From Octopus vulgaris (lineage: Eukaryota): a stretch of DNA of 64,000 bases. How positions within the stretch are numbered: position 1 is the first letter of the stretch; every line of letters starts with the position of its first letter. The notes under the pieces were generated by a model. That model was not told the origin of the DNA. It ran no database searches and was given only the letters and a program-made list of their open reading frames with translations. Location: assembly GCA_951406725.2 (NCBI GenBank), contig OX597829.1:26412001-26476000 (forward strand). Direction: 5' to 3'. The position numbers were made by a program, and so were the translations under genes. Below, one piece after another: positions 54,278-64,000 of the stretch.

Positions 54278-54430
54278 GACGGGCTTCTTTCAGTTTCCGT
54301 CTACTAAATCCAATCACAAGGCTTTGGTCGGCCCGACGATATAGTAGAAGACACTTGCCCAAGGTGCAACGCAGTGAGACTGAACCCGGAACCATGTGGT
54401 TGGTAAGCAAGCTACTTACCACATAGTCAC
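53993..54430 (-). mobile_element. SINE family A
   Basis: Full family motifs on the minus strand with internal (CA)n/(TA)n. Confidence 0.9.
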
Positions 54431-54527
54431 TTTTTAAGCTGTAAAGAATAACAAATAATGCTAAATTATGATGTGTACGAAACAGCTATCATGGGAAATT
54501 CAGAAGGAAAAATAAATCCATATTCAA

Positions 54528-54600
<73 letters not shown>

Positions 54601-54638
54601 GCGCACGCGCGCACACACACACATACACACACACACAC

Positions 54639-54693
<55 letters not shown>

Positions 54694-55134
54694 TGTATGT
54701 ATGTATGTATGAATGTTATGTATGTAATAAAATAAGATGAGAAATAAATAAATAATTATCTTATGAACTTCATTAGCTTGCAACTGTTTCTGCTATAAGA
54801 TGCAGTGGACTCATAGTTAAGTGCCTGAATATGACCTTATCGCTTCATAGGAGCTTCGAATATGAAGTGCAGTTTATTTGGAAAAAGAATTACATTGATG
54901 CATATATATATATATATATTGGCAAAAACATTACCGATGAGAAAGAAAAGACGTACGTCGGAGATGAAAGTCAGGGGGCTCCTCCCATAAATAGAGTCAG
55001 ATTAATTTTAAAGTGAGTATAAAGATTGGTATATCCAGATTTAGATAAAGAGTAACTGGATCTAAGAACAAAAATGTAAATATACATACACGCACGCACG
55101 CATGCACACATACACATATACGCATCTATATATG

Positions 55135-55211
<77 letters not shown>

Positions 55212-55339
55212 ATATATATATATGTATGTATATATATTCGTTATATACTGTTATGTATATGTGTAGTAGATACATATATTTATATACACGCAAATACATA
55301 TGTATGTGTATGAGTTGAGTGCGTGTATGTTTGTGTGTG

Positions 55340-56079
55340 TGTATGTGCTTGTGTCATTGTTTGTCTCGCCGCCCATCGCTTGACAGCCGGTGTTGTTGTG
55401 TTTATGTCCCCGTAACTTAACGGTTCAGCAGAAATCACCGATAGAATAAAGCTGAAACGAATTTAGTCAGGATTTCGATTTTTCGACAGAAACTGTTCAA
55501 GGCGGTGCTCCAGCATGGCCTCCACCATCAGCCTGAAGGTAAAAGATAAGATATATATATATTGTACGTAGACCACGTGCATATACATGCACACATGTAT
55601 ACTCATACGCACTTATATACTGCTATGAAATTTATGTATGCATTATTCTTTCTCCTGTTTCAGTCAGTTGACTGCGGCCATGCTGGAGCACCGCCTTTAG
55701 TCGAATAAATCGCCCCCAGGACTTATTCATTATACGCCTAGTACTTATTTTTTTCAAAACCACAGGTTTACAGGGACATAACCACACCAACATCAGTCGT
55801 CAAGCGATGGTTGAAGGACACACACACACACGCACACACATACGCACCCACACACGCGCCCGCGCACATATACGACGGCCTTCTTTCATTGTCCGTCTAC
55901 TAAATCTTGCGCCTGTATATATATATTCATTATCTATGTAAATATATTTCACACACACATTCTGCTTTCTTTTATTTGCTTCGGTCATTTGGTTGAAGCC
56001 ATGCTGGAGCACTGCTTCAAAGGGATGTTTAGTCAAAGAAATCAATCCCAGGACTTATTCTTTGTAAGCCTAGTACTAT

Positions 56080-56110
<31 letters not shown>

Positions 56111-56180
56111 CGACGGGCTTCTTCCAGTTTCCATCTACCAAATCCACTTACAAGACGTTGGTCGGCTTGAGGCTACAATA
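55340..56180. mobile_element. Three partial SINE family A copies (+ 55340-55552; - 55648-55915; - 55965-56180)
   Basis: GGCGGTGCTCCAGCATGGCC on +, then two GCCATGCTGGAGCAC copies on -. Confidence 0.78.
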
Positions 56181-56444
56181 CAGAAATATTCTTTGCGCTA
56201 ATAAGCGAATATATCACGGATAAGATCCCTTCTGTCTGAAATTTGCAAAGGAAAAGTCTCCTAAAACAGGGTGAAGAACAAGTCTTCGACTTGTATTATT
56301 AATTTTTTCCCGCGCATTGTGTTGGTTGTACAAAAATATTTAAACATCTTTATACAGTAGACAATGCATCATGAAAATGCGCTTCCCTCTCTCATTCATT
56401 CTCTCTCTATATATATATGATATTATATATATATATATATATAT

Positions 56445-56646
56445 CTTTCTTTTTATCTTTTATCTTTTACTTGTTTCAGTCATTTTGACTGCGGCCATGC
56501 TGGAGCACCGCCTTTAGTCGAGCAAATCGACCCCGGGACTTATTCTTTGTAAGCCCAGTACTTATTCTATCGGTCTCTTTTGCCGAACCGCTAAGTGACG
56601 GGGACGTAAACACACCAGCATCGGTTGTCAAGCAATGCTAGGGAGA

Positions 56647-56710
<64 letters not shown>

Positions 56711-56890
56711 TATATATATATACACATATATACGACAGGCTTCTTTCAGTTTCCGTCTACCAAATCCACTCACAAGGCATTGGTCGGCCCGGGGCTATAG
56801 CAGAAGACACTTGCCCAAGATGCCACGCAGTGGGACTGAACCCGGAGCCATGTGGTTGGTTAGCAAGCTACTTACCACACAGCCACTCCT
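56445..56890 (-). mobile_element. SINE family A, full-length and apparently young
   Basis: Very similar to the 13239 copy (shares CCCGGGCCGACCAATGCC-type variants); (AAAAGAT)n tail. Confidence 0.92.
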
Positions 56891-56937
56891 CACACAAAAC
56901 ACACTCACACGACACATAAGATATAATAAATACATGC

Positions 56938-56974
<37 letters not shown>

Positions 56975-57185
56975 CGCGCGCGCACGCATATGCATATACT
57001 TAATAGACATATACATATATATATGAATGTATGTGTATTTTACATGAATGTATCTTCTCTTGAATTCAGTACTTCAGTGTTGCAAATATGTATGAGTGAT
57101 GTGTATGTGCGCATATGTATATGCACATATGCACAAATGCATATGTGTGTTTATATATGTATGTTTATATTTATGAATGTGCATG

Positions 57186-57709
<524 letters not shown>

Positions 57710-57714
57710 CACAC

Positions 57715-57760
<46 letters not shown>

Positions 57761-57908
57761 ACACACACAAACACACGTAAGTATAACTCTGAAATTATTT
57801 TCATTTCAGACTGCAAACGTACGAGCGAAGATATATCTATGTAATCATACATGTGTACATATCGTTATATAGATAATGAGATAAATAGATAAATTATATA
57901 TATATATC

Positions 57909-58002
<94 letters not shown>

Positions 58003-58574
58003 AACACACACATACACATGTGTGTATGTGTGTGTGTGTGTGTGTCAGTTTGCATATGTGCGTGTGTCGGTATGTAATTATATATACATAAATACATACA
58101 TACATACATATACATACATACATACATACATACATGCATACAAATATATGCATATATGTACTATGTATGTGTGTATTTATATATACATATATATTTATAT
58201 AAATATATACACGCAAACACACTCATACATATGTATATATTTTAATGTATAATTATTTGTATGCATGCATATGTGTGCGTGTGTGTTTATATAGGTTTTA
58301 TACAAGCGAAAAAAAAAAGAATACCCGTATACCTAGATATAAAATATAGATATATACATCATAAATATATCTATGACTATGAATCTCTCACTGCCTGCAT
58401 ATAAACACACACACGCACAACACACACACACACACACATACACGCACACACACGCGCACACATGCGGCGCGTGTTTTTGCTTATATTCATATGAGTATAT
58501 TATTACTCACACAAAATGGCGATGATCCAGCTTGGCCGCAGTCAGATGACTGAAACACGTAAAAGAGTAAACAA

Positions 58575-58653
<79 letters not shown>

Positions 58654-58719
58654 CATTATATATATGTCCAGCTATCGGTCTGAGTATCACACACGCTGAC
58701 ACACACACACGCACGCACG

Positions 58720-58757
<38 letters not shown>

Positions 58758-59107
58758 CATACACACACGATCGTGGACACCCAAGCACCCCAACTTTTTT
58801 TTTTCGTGCATTCCTCGTTACGCTTTTTTCGCAACGAGAATATTTCGTAAGCCGCATAATCGCGTTTGGCAGATGCAATTAACAATTGACAAATAGCTTA
58901 CACCGTGTGTGTATGTGGGGGGGGGGGGGCGTGTGTGTGTGTGTTTATATGCAGACAGTAAAGAGATTCATTGACATAGATATATTTATGATGTATATAT
59001 CTATATTTTATATGTAGGTATACGTGTATTCTTTATTTTTTCGCTTGTATAAAACATATATAAACACATACGCACGCACCCTTCCATACACACACGCACA
59101 CACACAT

Positions 59108-59314
59108 ACTCTCTTTACTCTTTTACTTGTCTCAGTCATTTGACTGCGGCCATGCTGGAGCACCGCCTTTTAATCGAGCAACTCAACCCCGGGACTTATT
59201 CTTTGTAAGCCCAGTACTTATTCTATCGGTCTCTTTTGCCGAACCGCTAAGTGACGGGGACATAAACACACCAGCATCGGTTGTCAAGCAAACACAGATG
59301 CACAAACATACACG

Positions 59315-59388
<74 letters not shown>

Positions 59389-59554
59389 TACGACGGGCTT
59401 CTTTCAGTTTCCGTCTACCAAATCCACTCACAAGGCTTTGGTCGGCCCGAGGCTATAGTAAAAGCCACTTGCCCAAGGTGCCACGCAGCGGTACTGAACC
59501 CGGAACCATGTGGTTGGTAAGCAAGCTACTTACCACACAGCCACTCATGCGCCT
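59108..59554 (-). mobile_element. SINE family A, full-length
   Basis: Minus strand GGCGCATGAGTGGCTGTGTGGTAAG...CAGTCAAATGACTGAGACAAGTAAAAGAGTAAAGAG. Confidence 0.9.
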
Positions 59555-59710
59555 ACACTCCTGCATGCATACAAATAATTATACATTGAAATATATACAT
59601 ACGTCTGTGTGTTTGCGTGTGTATATATATATATATAAATACACACATATACATAGTACATATATGCATATATATGTATATATGTATGTATGTATGTATG
59701 TATATGTATG

Positions 59711-59882
<172 letters not shown>

Positions 59883-60104
59883 AAGAAGAAAACGGAGATT
59901 GGAAAGTTAATAATAAACTGTTATTAACTTTCCAATCTCAATTTTCTTCTTCTTTTAAATGAATATAAACTATGTGTTTTTATATAAGCCTATTATTTTA
60001 AGGAAATTCATACACAAAAATACTAGATATTGAACCAGTATTTCCTTGGATGAAACCAGCCCTTCATGAGGTTAACAGAACCTCTAATAAAATATAATAA
60101 TAAT

Positions 60105-60153
<49 letters not shown>

Positions 60154-60488
60154 TATAAATAATTTTGGAAAGCGAATTTCCAGATCAACCAGGTACCACC
60201 CTTTAGCATTATATGCATCTACATATCGTACAGTGGGGTCTTGCTTATATATTTATATATTTATCTAGAAATATACAAAATATCAAATAGAAATCAATAA
60301 TAATTCAGTTTTGAGGATTAATAGATATGCGGGTATCTGTTACTCTCATATCTATTAAAAACTGAATTATATATACATATATATGTGTGTGCGCGCGCGC
60401 GTCGAAACGTAAAAGACTTTTTCTCTTTCCCGAGCGTCAAACTAATACACCTGCTTGTTGTTTATACACGTGTCTTCGACTTTTGTTT

Positions 60489-60522
<34 letters not shown>

Positions 60523-60912
60523 GCGTACACATATGCATAATATGTGTGTGTGTGTATCTACATACATATATACATATACGCATATATGTATACATATATA
60601 TGTGTCTTTGTGTGCATATGTATGCATATATGTATATGCGTCTGTGCACGTATATATGTATGGTACATACATTATATATGTATATATGCAGATATAAATG
60701 CATACAAATATATGTATATATATGTGTGTATATATACACACACATATATGCATATATACATATATATGTATTGATTTGGCTTCTATTGGTCTCTCTTCAT
60801 CTCTCTTGCCGGCTGTTAAATCACGCAGCGTAGATATAGACAGGTTGTTAGGACGCACACACAGACACACACACACACACGCGCACACACACACACACAC
60901 ACGCACATACAC

Positions 60913-60981
<69 letters not shown>

Positions 60982-61599
60982 TACACACACATTCTGACAC
61001 GTACACCATGGTCGCTTCCTTACGGATGACATCTCTCAAATCCACTCACAAAGCTTTATCCGCTCTGAGCTATCATAAAAGGTCCTTTCCTACGTTGCAC
61101 GCAGTCAGGCTGATCTTGAGAGCACACAACAACGCCTGCGCCTTATACATTTCTATTTATTTCTCCATTGTGCCATGAAGGCGAAGCTGACAGTTTATGC
61201 AGCAAAGCGCTTGTCACCCTTCGATACTTGTTGATGTGGTAGATATTACTCTCTCAAAGCGACATGTATTAAAACACCTGAAAGTCATGGACAGGCGAGT
61301 CAACTCACCCAAAATCCCATTCAGGAGTGATGGACATTGATGTTTCACTATTTTGTGCCTTGTGAACATCACGTACTTGAACCGAATCGGAGGTGAATCG
61401 TACCGCCAGTACACAATTTATATGCATGTAGAATGAAGACTATATTCTGGTATGCACAGACAATGCATACTTAATAATAAATTCAAATATAAAAATAGAA
61501 GCAACGCTAGTGTAATAAACATTATCGAATATAATTACTTAAGGTACGCTGCGACTTGGTGTGGTGGAGATTACATACATACGTACATACGTACATACA

Positions 61600-61635
<36 letters not shown>

Positions 61636-61638
61636 TGT

Positions 61639-62020
<382 letters not shown>

Positions 62021-62714
62021 ACATATACATACATACACATATATCATTTAATATACACAGGTTTTAATGTGAGCTATAGAAATTTCATGCTTCAGATAAT
62101 ACAATAGTCGGACAAAGTTGTTTAACGTGTCGTGTTTAATCGGATAATAATTTAAGCTGAAAATATATTATGGATATTCTCTGAGAAAATGCGAGAAAGT
62201 TCAAGAGGTAAAATCTAAAAAGAATAACGGGAGCGGTTGTGAAACGCATGTAGTGAATGATTTTAAGAGTTGAGTCCTCCGAGTACGTTAGATTGGGAAT
62301 TAACACTGGATAGTGCAGTTAATTCAAAGGGATAAGGTCTATAATTTTAAACTGGATGCTTCTTCCGGAGAGGGTGGTGTTTTTCAATTCGATAATAAAA
62401 AAATTGTGCAGATGTTTGATTTTAGTGAAAATTTCGGATCTAGAATTCTGTAAATCAATGGATTTCTAAGTTTTAAAATCTTCTTGTATATCTTAGTATA
62501 TATTAATGACTGTTTTTGTATCAACTTATATAGGTAAATATGTTTTACTTTAAACTGAAGGATTATTCAATACTTTTTAGTGGAATATATATTTATCCTT
62601 TTACCTGGAAAGCGTTGGCTTCGAAGTTTCGGCTCGCACAGATTGATGACGAGGAAGCCGAAATTTTGAAGCCATTGCCAAGCTTTCCTTGTAAAAGATA
62701 TTATTTATACAGTT

Positions 62715-62859
<145 letters not shown>

Positions 62860-63084
62860 ATATATACATATATATATAAAGAGTTATATACTTACACACA
62901 TACACTGTATTTGTAATTGGTAATCGTACACATAGTTATTGACACCCAAATTAAATATACTACGTATAATACGCGCACACATGATACATACTTGATTTCT
63001 CTGGTGCGAAAACGTATGCACACATTAACCTACACGCATATATCACTATTGTATGCAAATACTTTCGAATGATCATCTACTTTT

Positions 63085-63775
63085 CATTAACCATTTACCC
63101 AGGAGTGTCTGTCAAATACCCTTACAGTCTGTTTAACACCTACTTAACGCTCAATAACCATGAGTTTAACATGTATTTAACAATTAACGACCATAAAACT
63201 ATATTATTTTTAACACCTATTTAACACTTAATAAACATATTTTAAATTTTTATGAGAATATGTTTATATTTAACACCTACTTAACATTTAATTTCTTTTC
63301 TTCTCAGTTTCCTCTTTTTTTTCATTTTCTTCTACACCTTCTCCATTTTCTTCTCCTTACCTCATCCTCTGTTTTCTTCTTGCATTACTTTTACACCCTT
63401 TACTTCTATCTTTTCTTCAGTTCTTCTCCTCTTCTTTCTCGTTCATGTATCCCTCCTCCTTGTTTCTCTTCTACTATTTTTTGTTCTTTAGCTTCTTTTC
63501 CTTCGTCTAATTTTTTTAAGAAACATAAACATTTAATAAGCGTAAACACTTTTTTGTGTGAATATATATATACATATTCAACACTTACTGAACACTTAAC
63601 AACAATATATACTTATATTTGATACATGCTTAATACTTAACAACGGTATATTTTTTATTTAGCACATACTTAACACTTAACAACCATATATTTTCATATC
63701 TAACACGTACTTAACAATTAATGATCACAAAAATGTATTATTTTTAACACCTATTTAATACTTAATAAGCATAAA
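63085..63775. repeat. Degenerate minisatellite (TTAACACCTACTTAACACTTAA motif) interrupted by a pyrimidine-rich tract
   Basis: Motif recurs at about 63133, 63210, 63270, 63665, 63700 and 63744. Confidence 0.65.
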
Positions 63776-64000
63776 CGTTTTGAGTGATGCATGTTGGGAT
63801 TTCGTTTTAGGGTTTGGTTAGGGATTGGCGGGTGGTTTCGGACTGTTATGTATGTTTTTTAGCGTGTGTTTATCTTCATAATTCATGTTTCAAACATAAT
63901 GCATCATTAAACATATTATTATATATTATAAACTACACAATGCATATATTTCGTTATGTTATGCTACGCTATGCTTTTGCTACGCTTCTCTTACAACCAG

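Noticed and set aside
63790-63830. TTAGGG hexamers as interstitial telomere
   Set aside because: Only two non-adjacent units

Overview
This is an AT-rich eukaryotic window saturated with microsatellites ((TA)n, (CA)n, (TACA)n, (TAGA)n, (TTA)n, (CTT)n). The repeat content resembles an octopus or other coleoid cephalopod genome; that is an inference from the repeat families. I could not recognise any host exon, and almost all ORF-track entries are microsatellite translations. The real content is mobile DNA. (1) A near-intact, 5'-truncated Penelope-like element (PLE; RT + zinc linker + GIY-YIG, Neptune-like) at 40430-43457(-) carries a minimal hammerhead ribozyme in its 3' pseudo-LTR. (2) A decayed Naiad-type PLE lies at about 21840-23500(-). 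(3) There are fossils of Tx1/L1, R4/Dong, HERO, CR1-group and RTE LINEs, plus Tc1/mariner, Helitron and Helentron pieces. (4) At least four tRNA-derived SINE families are present. The most interesting layer is non-coding: several unrelated 150-750 bp fold-back or tandem units carry minimal hammerhead motifs with palindromic stem III. One element joins a tRNA-Ile-like Pol III head to a hammerhead-bearing PLE-type tail with an inverted end, making it a candidate PLE-mobilised SINE. All coordinates were read by eye and may be off by a few bases.
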